Source of the DNA: an uncultured Lactobacillus sp.
GTDB taxonomy: Bacteria > Bacillota > Bacilli > Lactobacillales > Lactobacillaceae
DNA: 64,000 nucleotides
Assembly (NCBI RefSeq): GCF_902491705.1
Contig: NZ_CABUIW010000005.1
Span: 1,755-65,754 of the forward strand
Direction of reading: 5' to 3'
The notes under the pieces: generated by a model
What the model saw: only the letters and a program-made list of their open reading frames with translations
What the model was told of the DNA's origin: nothing
The model's database searches: none
Shown here: piece by piece, positions 16,007 through 24,513 of the stretch
How positions within the stretch are numbered: position 1 is the stretch's first letter
How the letters are laid out: each line of letters opens with the position of its first letter
Program-made: the position numbers and the translations under genes

Positions 16007-16050
16007 TTACCTCCATAACATGAAGGTTTAGCCAACTTAATGTAACTATC
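16007..16050 (-). promoter_or_regulatory. Second RAT-like element (16024-16050) overlapping a hairpin that pairs with the bglP Shine-Dalgarno
   Basis: The minus strand reads GGATAGTTACATTAAGTTGGCTAAACC, then TTCATGTTATGGAGGTAAATTATG. ACCUUC can pair with GGAGGU. There is no U-tract. Confidence 0.5.
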
Positions 16051-16055
16051 CAGAT

Positions 16056-16901
16056 TTATTCTTTAGCTTTTCTTTGCAACATCTTTTGAATGTGCAATGT
16101 TAAATACATTAATTCGTCATCAGACAAATTACAATGATATGTTTGATCAATAAAATCTTTAACCTTTTTACTGTAACTAAATGCTTCTGGATACTGTGTA
16201 GAAACCAATTTAAGCATTACATCATCAGTTTTTTGCTCAGCAAGATCTTTATAATCAAACACTCTTTGTGCCAAATATTTTAAGTGAGTAGCAAAACGAT
16301 AATAATAAGCAGAATTTTCATCTATTTCCTGATGGCAGCTGAACTTTAAGATTTGCATAATGTTTTGAATAAATTTTGTGATTTCATTTGCATTATGTGA
16401 ATCATGCTCATTTTCGGCATCCACGATATGTAGCGCTAAAAATCCAGCTTCATCTTCTTCAAGAGTGATGCCTGTGAGTTCTTTAATAATTTCAACACCC
16501 TTTTGACCAATTTGGAATTCTATCGGGTAAAAGCGCTTGATATCCCACAAAAGATTATTTTTTAATTCAATTCCCTGCTTATTTCTCTCTAGAGAATTAT
16601 GAATGTGGTCGCTTAAAGAAATTAATTCAGTAGTATTTAATTTACTGTTTAATTTGTTTTCAGCGAAATTCAATATCTTGGTTGCTGCTTGAACATCTTC
16701 AATTGAAATATTAGTTAGTAAACTCCCTAATTGATCAATATTTGTATCCTTTTTGGGTACAAATTCTTTTTCAACAGAAGATTGATCTATTTCAGCTCCA
16801 GGACGCTTCTTAAAGCCTAAGCCTCGACCCATTACTATCACATCTTGGCCATCTTGGTTAACCACAACGATATTATTATTAATCACCTTCTTAATTTTCA
16901 T
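16056..16901 (-). CDS. licT: BglG/LicT-family PRD-containing transcription antiterminator
   Basis: CAT domain N-terminus MKIKKVINNNIVVV plus two PRD regions. The ATG at 16901 has GAAAGAGGTGAG upstream. The longer ORF-track start (16943) lies inside the leader terminator. Confidence 0.9.
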   Translation of the reverse strand: MKIKKVINNNIVVVNQDGQDVIVMGRGLGFKKRPGAEIDQSSVEKEFVPKKDTNIDQLGSLLTNISIEDVQAATKILNFAENKLNSKLNTTELISLSDHIHNSLERNKQGIELKNNLLWDIKRFYPIEFQIGQKGVEIIKELTGITLEEDEAGFLALHIVDAENEHDSHNANEITKFIQNIMQILKFSCHQEIDENSAYYYRFATHLKYLAQRVFDYKDLAEQKTDDVMLKLVSTQYPEAFSYSKKVKDFIDQTYHCNLSDDELMYLTLHIQKMLQRKAKE

Positions 16902-16926
16902 ATAACTCACCTCTTTCAAAATAAAC

Positions 16927-17006
16927 AAAAAACCAATATACACTCTCCCCTATAACACGAGGAGTAATATATATTGGTTTAGCTTACCATTACGTAATAA
17001 CTATCC
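16927..17006 (-). promoter_or_regulatory. RAT antiterminator target plus leader terminator of the bgl operon
   Basis: The minus strand reads GGATAGTTATTACGTAATGGTAAGCTAAACC (16976-17006). Its 3' end forms the left arm of the hairpin AAACCAATATATA...TGTATATTGGTTTTTT (16927-16980). Confidence 0.8.
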
Positions 17007-17023
17007 TTTTTTTGACAATTAGT

Positions 17024-17052
17024 ATGTTAACATAGTTATTCTAATGTTGCAA
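17024..17052 (-). promoter_or_regulatory. Candidate sigma-A promoter of the bgl operon
   Basis: -35 TTGCAA (17047-17052), a 17-nt spacer, and an extended -10 TGTTAACAT (-10 at 17024-17029). Confidence 0.5.
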
Positions 17053-17061
17053 GCGCTATCA
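17048..17061. promoter_or_regulatory. cre (CcpA) site overlapping the bgl promoter -35
   Basis: TGCAAGCGCTATCA matches TGNAANCGNTNNCA at every specified position. Confidence 0.7.
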
Positions 17062-17982
17062 ATTAAATTTTACTTGACCTACTAAATCGTTAATATCTTC
17101 AACGCCTAATTTCTCAAGTTCAGCTGGTAAACTGTCCGCAATATGCTTAGAAGCGATACTGTCATGGAAGTGTGCAGTACCTACTGCCACAGCACTAGCA
17201 CCAGCTAACATAAATTTGACTACATCTTCTGCACTACTAATGCCGCCCATACCAATAATTGGCAAGTCCACATTTTGGTAAACTTGAGAAATCATTCTAA
17301 TGGCAATTGGCTTAACAGCTTCACCAGAAAGGCCACCCATATTGTGACCCAAAACTGGCTTTCTAGTTTTAACATCAATATCCATGCCTAAAACTGTGTT
17401 GATCATAGAAATACCATCAGCACCGCCTTTTTCGGCTGCTTTAGCAATTGCGACAACATCAGTAACATTAGGAGTCAACTTAACGTAGATTGGAACATTA
17501 ACTACTGCCTTAATTTTTTTAGTTAATTTTTCAACTACGTCAGCATGCACACCAAAGCTCATGCCACCTCGTGCCACATTAGGACAAGAAACATTGATTT
17601 CTAAGGCATTAACCAAACCAGAATCAGACAATTTCTTAGCTACTTCTACGTAGTCATCTTCGCTATCGCCACCAACACTAGCCATGATTGGCAAGTCAGG
17701 ATATTGCTTTCTAAGTGGAGTCAATTTTTCACTAATTACCGCATCAACGCCTGGATTAGTTAAACCCACTGAATTTAATACTGCATCATCTAAAACTGCA
17801 ATTTGTGGTTGAGGATTACCAGTTGTAGCATTAGGCGTTGTCGTCTTAATAACCATTGCACCAAGATCGTTTAAGTCAAACTTCTTAGCAGCAGGCACAT
17901 CGCCAAAGCCAAAGGTACCACTTGCTGGCATCACTGGGTTCTTCAAATCTAAGCCGGGTAATTTTACATGTGTATTTGTCAT
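17059..17982 (-). CDS. pyrD: Dihydroorotate dehydrogenase, class 1 (no adjacent pyrK, so probably 1A)
   Basis: 307 aa. N-terminus [15 protein letters not shown], active-site NVSCPNV (Cys base), and GGISSAEDV. Confidence 0.9.
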   Translation of the reverse strand: MTNTHVKLPGLDLKNPVMPASGTFGFGDVPAAKKFDLNDLGAMVIKTTTPNATTGNPQPQIAVLDDAVLNSVGLTNPGVDAVISEKLTPLRKQYPDLPIMASVGGDSEDDYVEVAKKLSDSGLVNALEINVSCPNVARGGMSFGVHADVVEKLTKKIKAVVNVPIYVKLTPNVTDVVAIAKAAEKGGADGISMINTVLGMDIDVKTRKPVLGHNMGGLSGEAVKPIAIRMISQVYQNVDLPIIGMGGISSAEDVVKFMLAGASAVAVGTAHFHDSIASKHIADSLPAELEKLGVEDINDLVGQVKFN

Positions 17983-17994
17983 AATTTTCCTCCA

Positions 17995-18022
17995 AAATGA
18001 ATGCTCACGGACATCCGCTTAT
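17995..18022 (-). promoter_or_regulatory. Candidate PyrR-binding loop next to the pyrD Shine-Dalgarno, with no terminator
   Basis: The minus strand reads GCGGATGTCCGTGAGCATTCATTTTGGAGG. The CNGNGA hexaloop CCGTGA (18005-18010) is closed by a 5-bp stem GGAUG/CAUUC. Confidence 0.4.
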
Positions 18023-18124
18023 TTTTCAAGAAATGATTGTACTCGCTTTTTTATTTTTTTAAAAGCAAAAAAATTATTTGTAATTTATTTTCAGTGGTGT
18101 TAAACTTCACCTTGATCAAAACTT

Positions 18125-18224
18125 TAAACGGTACAGAGAGACCGCAAGTTCAAAATATTGACTTAAATTATCTGGGAAAAGTCTATACCTGGTGTCTCTC
18201 TGCGCCATGTATAGACTTTTTTTG
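18125..18224 (+). promoter_or_regulatory. PyrR-binding attenuator in the pyrF-pyrE leader
   Basis: GGTACAGAGAGACC carries the CAGAGA loop at 18134-18139. The terminator is aagtctatac...gtatagacttttttt (18179-18224). Its loop segment GGTGTCTCTCTGCGCC is complementary to the binding-loop region. Confidence 0.75.
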
Positions 18225-18234
18225 TGGAGGAAAC

Positions 18235-18942
18235 ATGACTAGACCTGTTATCGTCGCCCTTGATTTGGACAATGAAGAAAAACTACACGAAATTTTAGCC
18301 AAATTAGGCAAACCGGAAGATGTCTTTATTAAAGTCGGCATGGAACTTTTCTATAATGCTGGCATTGATGTAGTTAAGAATTTAACTGCAAAAGGCTACA
18401 AGATCTTCTTGGATCTTAAAATACACGACATTCCTAACACTGTTTATAACGGTGCTAAGGCCTTGGCAAAACTTGGCATCACCTTTACTACAGTGCACGC
18501 ACTTGGCGGCAGCCAAATGATTAAATCAGCTAAAGACGGTTTAATTGCAGGAACGCCAGCTGGTCACAGCGTACCCAAATTGCTCGCTGTAACTGAACTT
18601 ACTTCCATTTCCGATGATGTTTTAGCAAATGAACAAAATTGCCGCTTGCCAATGGACAAGCAAGTTTTGAGCTTAGCTAAAATGGCTAAAAATGCTGGTG
18701 CAGATGGCGTTATCTGCTCACCACTTGAAGTAAAAGAACTGCATGAACAAATTGGTGATGATTTCTTATACGTTACCCCAGGAATTCGTCCAGCAGGCAG
18801 TGCTAATGATGACCAATCTCGTGTAGCAACACCAACTATGGCTAAAGAATGGGGATCAAGCGCTATTGTAGTCGGCCGTCCAATTACTTTAGCAAGTGAT
18901 CCAAAAGCAGCATATGAAGCAATCAAGAAGGAGTTTAACTAA
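18235..18942 (+). CDS. pyrF: Orotidine-5'-phosphate decarboxylase
   Basis: MTRPVIVALD, DLKIHDIPNT and VGRPIT motifs. GGAGG lies 4-9 nt upstream of the ATG at 18235. The ORF-track start at 18037 would run through the attenuator. Confidence 0.9.
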   Translation: MTRPVIVALDLDNEEKLHEILAKLGKPEDVFIKVGMELFYNAGIDVVKNLTAKGYKIFLDLKIHDIPNTVYNGAKALAKLGITFTTVHALGGSQMIKSAKDGLIAGTPAGHSVPKLLAVTELTSISDDVLANEQNCRLPMDKQVLSLAKMAKNAGADGVICSPLEVKELHEQIGDDFLYVTPGIRPAGSANDDQSRVATPTMAKEWGSSAIVVGRPITLASDPKAAYEAIKKEFN

Positions 18943-19580
18943 TGCATAAAGATCAAATTATTTCTCAACTTATCCAAGAAAAAATCATTACTATCTCACC
19001 TGACAAGCCATTTACTTACGCTAGTGGGATGCTTTCACCAATCTACACTGACTTGCGTTTAACTGTATCTTATCCAGAATTGCGCGACATGATTGCTAGC
19101 GACTTAGCTAATTTAATTGCTAAGGAATTCCCAGAAGCTACTATTATCGGTGGTGTAGCTACTGCCGGTATCCCTCACGCAGCTTGGGTTGCAGATAAGC
19201 TCCACTTACCAATGATCTATGTTCGTCCAAAGCCAAAGGATCACGGCAAGGGCCGTCAAATTGAAGGACGCTTTTCAAAAGATGACAAGATCGTTTTAAT
19301 CGATGATTTAATCACTACAGGTGGTTCAGTTCTTAACGCTGTTAAAGCTACTGAAAAAGATGGCGGTAACGTTATCGGTGTATCATCAATCTTCACTTAC
19401 TACTTGCCAGATGCAAAAGAAAACTTCGCTAAGAGCGGTGTTAAATATGCACCTCTTCTTTCCTACCCTGAACTTCTTAAAAAGGAAAATGAATCAGGCC
19501 ACATTTCTTCAGAACAATATGATGTTTTAAAGACTTGGCACGAAGATCCATGGGCATGGGGCAAGAAATTCGAAAAGTAA
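18942..19580 (+). CDS. pyrE: Orotate phosphoribosyltransferase
   Basis: 212 aa. PRPP motif VLIDDLITTGGS. The start overlaps the pyrF stop (TAATG). Confidence 0.95.
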   Translation: MHKDQIISQLIQEKIITISPDKPFTYASGMLSPIYTDLRLTVSYPELRDMIASDLANLIAKEFPEATIIGGVATAGIPHAAWVADKLHLPMIYVRPKPKDHGKGRQIEGRFSKDDKIVLIDDLITTGGSVLNAVKATEKDGGNVIGVSSIFTYYLPDAKENFAKSGVKYAPLLSYPELLKKENESGHISSEQYDVLKTWHEDPWAWGKKFEK

Positions 19581-19597
19581 ATAAAGTAAAATAATAT

Positions 19598-19637
19598 AAA
19601 AAATAAGAGAAGATCATCAACGATCTTCTCTTATTTT
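19598..19637. terminator. Bidirectional terminator between pyrE and the convergent oxidoreductase gene
   Basis: aaaaaataagagaagatc-atcaac-gatcttctcttattttt. Confidence 0.85.
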
Positions 19638-19649
19638 TCATTATCTAAA

Positions 19650-20297
19650 TTAATACCAAGCTGGCTTGTCACCATCAGTATTTGGCTTGTTTAAGCCAAC
19701 GTTTCCGCGGACATCCCTACTTGGATCTTCAACCAAGTCATTGATATAGCTAGCTACACTCTTGCGTGATACTTCTGTACCCTTAAATGCAGTATGAGCA
19801 CCGCGAGTAACTTCGTAGTCAACTTCATCTTTATTAGTAAGCCATGCTGGACGAATAATTGTGTAGTCCAAATCACTTGCAGTAATTACATCAGCTGCAG
19901 CACGATAAGTTGTTAAGTATGAACCCAAGATATTCTTGTTCCATTCGCCGAACTTGCCTGGAACTTCATCATAAACGCCAAGTGAAGAAATCCAGATCAA
20001 ACGCTTAATACCATCTTCATCCATTGCCTTTACAACAGCCTTAGCTTGATCTTCAATATTACTGCCAGCTAAGTTTGCATAAACAATGCTTGCACCTTTA
20101 ATAGCTGCAGCAACTTCGTCTTCTTTACTTGCATCCCCAACAACAATCTTCTCACGACTATTGTCAATCTTAGACTTATCAAGTTTATTTGGGTGACGCA
20201 AGAACAAGATCATTTCATTATTTGCGTCTTTTAAGAAAAATTCTTCTGCTAACTTTGCAATTTGTCCACTAGCACCTAATACAGCAATTTTAGTCAT
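19650..20297 (-). CDS. NAD(P)H-binding NmrA-like / atypical SDR-family protein
   Basis: 215 aa. N-terminal Rossmann motif IAVLGASGQIA. Confidence 0.7.
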   Translation of the reverse strand: MTKIAVLGASGQIAKLAEEFFLKDANNEMILFLRHPNKLDKSKIDNSREKIVVGDASKEDEVAAAIKGASIVYANLAGSNIEDQAKAVVKAMDEDGIKRLIWISSLGVYDEVPGKFGEWNKNILGSYLTTYRAAADVITASDLDYTIIRPAWLTNKDEVDYEVTRGAHTAFKGTEVSRKSVASYINDLVEDPSRDVRGNVGLNKPNTDGDKPAWY

Positions 20298-20373
20298 TTT
20301 TATATCTCCTTATAAAACCGATTATTAATGAAAACTACTTATTTTCTAATCAGCTAAGAAGTTTTCTAGCTGA

Positions 20374-20415
20374 TTAGCGTGCAGTGCAAACTGGAATAAT
20401 TTCTGTTAAAAACAT
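20374..20415 (-). CDS. Candidate 13-codon leader peptide MFLTEIIPVCTAR
   Basis: AAAGGAGAA lies 5 nt upstream of the ATG at 20415. The TAA stop (20374-20376) lies inside the 5' arm of a perfect 11-bp hairpin (20347-20377). Confidence 0.35.
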   Translation of the reverse strand: MFLTEIIPVCTAR

Positions 20416-20530
20416 TGTATTCTCCTTTTATAAAACCGCTTTCTCACTTACAAATTTATAGTATCACTAATATTTTGTAAGTCAATTGATTATTGATAGT
20501 TTATTTAGAAAAAATTTATACTATTTTTTA

Positions 20531-20559
20531 TTGTCAAAAACACATCCGTATGATATAAA
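20531..20559 (+). promoter_or_regulatory. Candidate promoter for the riboswitch/ATPase transcript
   Basis: -35 TTGTCA (20531-20536), a 17-nt spacer, and an extended -10 TGATATAAA (-10 at 20554-20559). Confidence 0.5.
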
Positions 20560-20574
20560 TTTAATATACATACA

Positions 20575-20712
20575 CGTAGGGAGTAACCGACAAATATTTT
20601 TTGTATTTACGGCGTCATATCACGAAAGCAATTTCCGCTGTAAATTTAAATGGTGAGATTATGACAAACTTTGTTAGTTTGGCATAGTCTCTTTTTTTGT
20701 CTGAGACTTGCC
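20575..20712 (+). promoter_or_regulatory. Probable yybP-ykoY (Mn2+) riboswitch
   Basis: GTAGGGAGTAACCGAC, GGCGTCATATCACGAAAG and TTATGACAAACTTTGTTAGTTTGGCATAGTCTC align by eye with the conserved GGGGAGUAGC / GUCGUCAAU / UUGACAUA...GCAAGAC blocks of the L. lactis yoaB element as I remember it. The element ends in the hairpin GGCATAGTCTC...GAGACTTGCC next to the SD. Confidence 0.55.
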
Positions 20713-20729
20713 TGAATCTGGAGGATTTT

Positions 20730-23351
20730 ATGAAACAGTATTATTTACAGACCAAGGAAGAAGTTTTAAAAGAATTTAAAACCAGCACCGATGGTTTATC
20801 ATCTGAGCAAGCTCAAGAGAACTTAGCTAAGTATGGTAAAAATGCCTTAGTTGAAGGTAAAAAGAAAACTGCTTTTCAGGTCTTTTTAGAACAATTTAAA
20901 GACTTGATGGTAATTATCTTAATCATCGCTGCCGTAATTTCAGCTTTTACTGGTGATTTAGAAAGTACATTAGTTATCATCGCCGTGCTGATCTTGAACG
21001 CGATCTTGGGAACAGTACAACACGTTAAAGCAGAAAAATCGCTTGAATCACTCAAGTCGCTCTCCTCACCTAGTGCTAAAGTCCTGCGCAATGGTGAAAA
21101 AGTTGAAATCGATTCTAAAGATGTGGTTCCAGGCGACATCATGCTACTCGAAGCCGGCGACATGGTTACCGCCGATGGTCGAATCTTAGATAACTATTCT
21201 CTTCAAGTTAACGAAAGTTCTTTAACTGGTGAATCAACCAACATTGATAAAGCTGACGTTGACTTTGATAAAGAAATTCCGCTGGGCGATCGTCTTAATA
21301 TGGTTTACTCTAGTTCATTAGTTACCTACGGCCGTGCTAACGTCCTAGTTACCGGCACAGGGATGAATACTGAAATTGGTAAGATTGCTTCCTTAATGAA
21401 TGAAACTAAAGAGCGTCGTACCCCACTTCAAGTATCACTTGATAAGTTTTCATCTAAACTTGCCACTGCAATTTTGATTATCTGTGCTATCGTGCTAGGC
21501 TTGCAAATCTGGCGTGGTCAACCAATTATGGATGCTTTGCTTTTTGCAGTAGCACTTGCCGTAGCTGCAATTCCTGAAGCTTTAAGTTCAATTGTGACAA
21601 TTGTTCAAGCAATGGGTACACAAAAAATGGCTAAAGAAAATGCCATTATCAAGAATTTAGCTGCAGTTGAATCACTGGGTTCAGTTTCCGTTATTTGTTC
21701 CGATAAAACCGGTACTTTAACGCAAAACAAGATGACTGTTGAAGACATCTACATTGGCGGCGAAGTTTTAAAGCCTAACCAATTAGACCTTGGTAATCAA
21801 CTTCACCGCTACCTTCTTTACGACGCAGTTTTAAACAACGATTCAAGTTTGAAAGATGGTAAAAGCATCGGTGACCCAACTGAATCAGCTTTGCTTGAAA
21901 TGTACCGCAAAGTGCCTGGCATTGACCTGGGCAACGATCAACTTGGCTTATCCGAAACTGATTTACGTAATCTTTTAACTCGTCAGCAAGAAATTCCATT
22001 CGACTCTGACCGTAAGTTGATGAGTACTAAGCACCTCATCCATAATGAACCAACTATCTTCGTTAAAGGTGCGATCGACGTTTTGCTTGACCGCTGTGAC
22101 AACATCCGTTTCGGTGATGAAGTTCGGCCAATAACTGAAGAAGACAAGAAAAAGATCTTGGCTCAAAACGAGCACTTCTCAGAAAACGGTTTGCGTGTTT
22201 TAACCTTTACTTATAAAGAAAAAGACGAAGACTTAACTCCTGAAACAGAAAATGGCTTTACTTTCATCGGTTTGGTTTCTGAAATGGACCCACCTCGCGT
22301 TGAAAGTGTGGAAGCTGTTGCTCGTGCTAAGAAGGCCGGCATCCGTACTGTAATGATCACAGGTGACCACAAGGTTACTGCTGTAGCCATTGCTAAAAAG
22401 ATCGGTATCTTCAACGATGGCGATATGGCCGTTACTGGATTAGAGCTTGATAAGATGAGCAATGACGAACTTGAACAAAAGATTGAAAAGATTGCTGTTT
22501 ATGCTCGTGTATCTCCTGAAAACAAGATCCGTATTGTTAATGCATGGCAAAAGAAAGACAAGATCGTTTCAATGACCGGTGACGGTGTTAACGATGCCCC
22601 TGCTTTAAAGAAGGCAGATATCGGTGTTGCCATGGGAATTACCGGTACTGAAGTATCTAAAGATGCAGCCAGCATGATTTTGGCTGACGACAACTTCGCT
22701 ACTATTATTAAGGCGGTTGCCAACGGTAGAACCGTTTTTGAAAATATCAAGAACGCAATTATGTACTTACTCTCTGGTAACTTGTCTGCCATTATTACAG
22801 TATTGTTTGCTTCAATCGGCGGATTGCCAGTGCCATTCATCGCGGTTCAACTTTTGTTCATCAACTTGGTAACCGACTCTCTTCCAGCTTTGGCAATCGG
22901 AATGGAACCAGGTGCTCCAGATATTTTAGATAGAAAGCCACGTGATCCTAAGGTTGGTATTTTAGATAAAGAATTAGTTTCTAAGGTAACTCTTCAAGGT
23001 ATCATCATTTCTATCGGCGTTATTGCCGCATTCATGATTGGTCTTCAAGCTAGTCCTGCTGTTGCAACTACAATGGTCTTCTCAACTTTGACCTTTGCAC
23101 GTTTGCTTCACGGTTTCAACTGCCGCTCACAACACAGCATTTTCAAGATTGGCTTTAAGAATAATTGGTACAGCTTAGCCGCATTTGCTGTTGGTACATT
23201 ATTACTTGCTTTAATTCTTTTCGTACCAGCATTGCATTCATTGTTTGCAGTAACTCCTTTAACTAATACTCAATACATGTGGATTGCTGCTTTGGCACTG
23301 ATGCCAACTATCTTGATTCAATTGATTAAAATTGTTAAAGAAAACAAATAA
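20730..23351 (+). CDS. P-type (P2A-like) cation-transporting ATPase, Ca2+/Mn2+ type
   Basis: DKTGTLT phosphorylation motif, TGES, MITGDH, GDGVNDAPALKKADIG and 10 TM helices. The ATG at 20730 has GGAGG 6 nt upstream. Confidence 0.9.
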   Translation: MKQYYLQTKEEVLKEFKTSTDGLSSEQAQENLAKYGKNALVEGKKKTAFQVFLEQFKDLMVIILIIAAVISAFTGDLESTLVIIAVLILNAILGTVQHVKAEKSLESLKSLSSPSAKVLRNGEKVEIDSKDVVPGDIMLLEAGDMVTADGRILDNYSLQVNESSLTGESTNIDKADVDFDKEIPLGDRLNMVYSSSLVTYGRANVLVTGTGMNTEIGKIASLMNETKERRTPLQVSLDKFSSKLATAILIICAIVLGLQIWRGQPIMDALLFAVALAVAAIPEALSSIVTIVQAMGTQKMAKENAIIKNLAAVESLGSVSVICSDKTGTLTQNKMTVEDIYIGGEVLKPNQLDLGNQLHRYLLYDAVLNNDSSLKDGKSIGDPTESALLEMYRKVPGIDLGNDQLGLSETDLRNLLTRQQEIPFDSDRKLMSTKHLIHNEPTIFVKGAIDVLLDRCDNIRFGDEVRPITEEDKKKILAQNEHFSENGLRVLTFTYKEKDEDLTPETENGFTFIGLVSEMDPPRVESVEAVARAKKAGIRTVMITGDHKVTAVAIAKKIGIFNDGDMAVTGLELDKMSNDELEQKIEKIAVYARVSPENKIRIVNAWQKKDKIVSMTGDGVNDAPALKKADIGVAMGITGTEVSKDAASMILADDNFATIIKAVANGRTVFENIKNAIMYLLSGNLSAIITVLFASIGGLPVPFIAVQLLFINLVTDSLPALAIGMEPGAPDILDRKPRDPKVGILDKELVSKVTLQGIIISIGVIAAFMIGLQASPAVATTMVFSTLTFARLLHGFNCRSQHSIFKIGFKNNWYSLAAFAVGTLLLALILFVPALHSLFAVTPLTNTQYMWIAALALMPTILIQLIKIVKENK

Positions 23352-23366
23352 TTTATCGTAGTAATC

Positions 23367-23401
23367 AAAAAAGACAGTTCGCACTTAGCGGACTGTTTTT
23401 T
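23367..23401 (+). terminator. Terminator of the ATPase gene
   Basis: aaaaaagacagttcgc-actt-agcggactgtttttt. Confidence 0.8.
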
Positions 23402-23442
23402 ATATAGGAAAATAATCGATACTACTTGATAACTAGCTGATA

Positions 23443-24345
23443 TTACAATTTTTCTCCGTTAGCATGAACAAGTAAGTTATAAAGAGCACCATACAAATTG
23501 GCATCATTTTTAAACTTAGCATCTAAGATTTGTGGGCGTGTCAAAGTCATTTTAACCAAAGAATTATCCTCATACAGTTTGTCATATTGCTTATTAATTT
23601 CTTGAACCACAATTGGTTGAGCTGAAATGCCACCACCAATCGCAATTGCATCAAGGTCAACAACAGCTTGGATATCGATAATAACACTCACAATCAATTT
23701 ACAGAAATCTTGAAAAATATTAAGCGCATCAGGATTGCCGGCATTAATTGCGTCAAAAGCTGCCAAGCCATCTTTTTTATCGGGATTACCTAACTTTTCA
23801 TTGATTCGTTGAATCATCCCTACAGCTGATGCCATATAACCAGAGAAGTTATCCATCTTATTACCATCAGTCTTGAGCTTCAAAAAACTAAATTCACCAG
23901 CTTGAAAATGAGCGCCATTAAGCAAACGTCCATTAGCAATAATACCGCCGCCAACTGCAGTTCCTAGCGTTATTGCGGCACAATTCTTCATTCCTTTAAG
24001 ACTACCTAGCCAGTTTTCTGCTAAAACACTAGCCTTACCATCATTAATAACTGCAATTGGGGCATTCAGATTCTTATATCGCTGAGCAAAATCTATTCCA
24101 TCAAGAAAAGGCAAAGCCCCACCAAAATGAATTTTAGTATGCTCGATTTTGCCAGGAGCACAAAAAGCTACGCCTTTCGTTCCCTTTGCGCTGTATTGAG
24201 CCACAATCTTATCAATAATCGCTAAAAATTCATCCTTATCATGTGAGCTGTCTACTTTGCCCTTCGTGATAATATTTCCTGCATGATCAAGTTCTGCATA
24301 TTTAATTTTCGTACCACCAATATCAATGCTTAGATAATTTTTCAT
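23443..24345 (-). CDS. ROK-family sugar kinase
   Basis: 300 aa. N-terminal ATP-binding LSIDIGGTKIKYA and the ROK core AITLGTAVGGGII. Confidence 0.8.
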   Translation of the reverse strand: MKNYLSIDIGGTKIKYAELDHAGNIITKGKVDSSHDKDEFLAIIDKIVAQYSAKGTKGVAFCAPGKIEHTKIHFGGALPFLDGIDFAQRYKNLNAPIAVINDGKASVLAENWLGSLKGMKNCAAITLGTAVGGGIIANGRLLNGAHFQAGEFSFLKLKTDGNKMDNFSGYMASAVGMIQRINEKLGNPDKKDGLAAFDAINAGNPDALNIFQDFCKLIVSVIIDIQAVVDLDAIAIGGGISAQPIVVQEINKQYDKLYEDNSLVKMTLTRPQILDAKFKNDANLYGALYNLLVHANGEKL

Positions 24346-24359
24346 AATTATCCTCCTTA

Positions 24360-24373
24360 TGTTATCGCTTTCA
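24360..24373. promoter_or_regulatory. cre (CcpA) site in the 5' UTR of the ROK kinase gene
   Basis: The minus strand reads TGAAAGCGATAACA, matching TGNAANCGNTNNCA at every specified position. It lies directly upstream of the AAGGAGGA SD. Confidence 0.7.
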
Positions 24374-24513
24374 ATCTAATTATTGCATATTTTTAGATCC
24401 ATAAGTAAAAATTGATCTTTGATAGGCTTATATTGGTGTTTATTTTCAAGATCCGGAAAGCCATTTTTTTGATAAGATAAACAGTGTACATCTTAAGTAA
24501 TAAGGAAATGATT

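Noticed and set aside
16902-16943. Longer N-terminal extensions given by the ORF track for licT (16943), pyrF (18037), ATPase (20697), metQ (27898), oppA (34132), carB (8434) and the SLAP protein (58858)
   Set aside because: Each extension runs through a terminator, attenuator, riboswitch or upstream gene and lacks an SD. Internal ATGs with good SDs give canonical family N-termini.
24346-24513. Possible fluoride (crcB-motif) riboswitch upstream of the ClC gene
   Set aside because: I looked for the conserved GGnGAUGG...AACCGCC...GAUGAUGCCUAC-type blocks and found none. The ClC has the GSGVPQ/GREGP filter of ordinary Cl-/H+ antiporters, not the CLC-F type.
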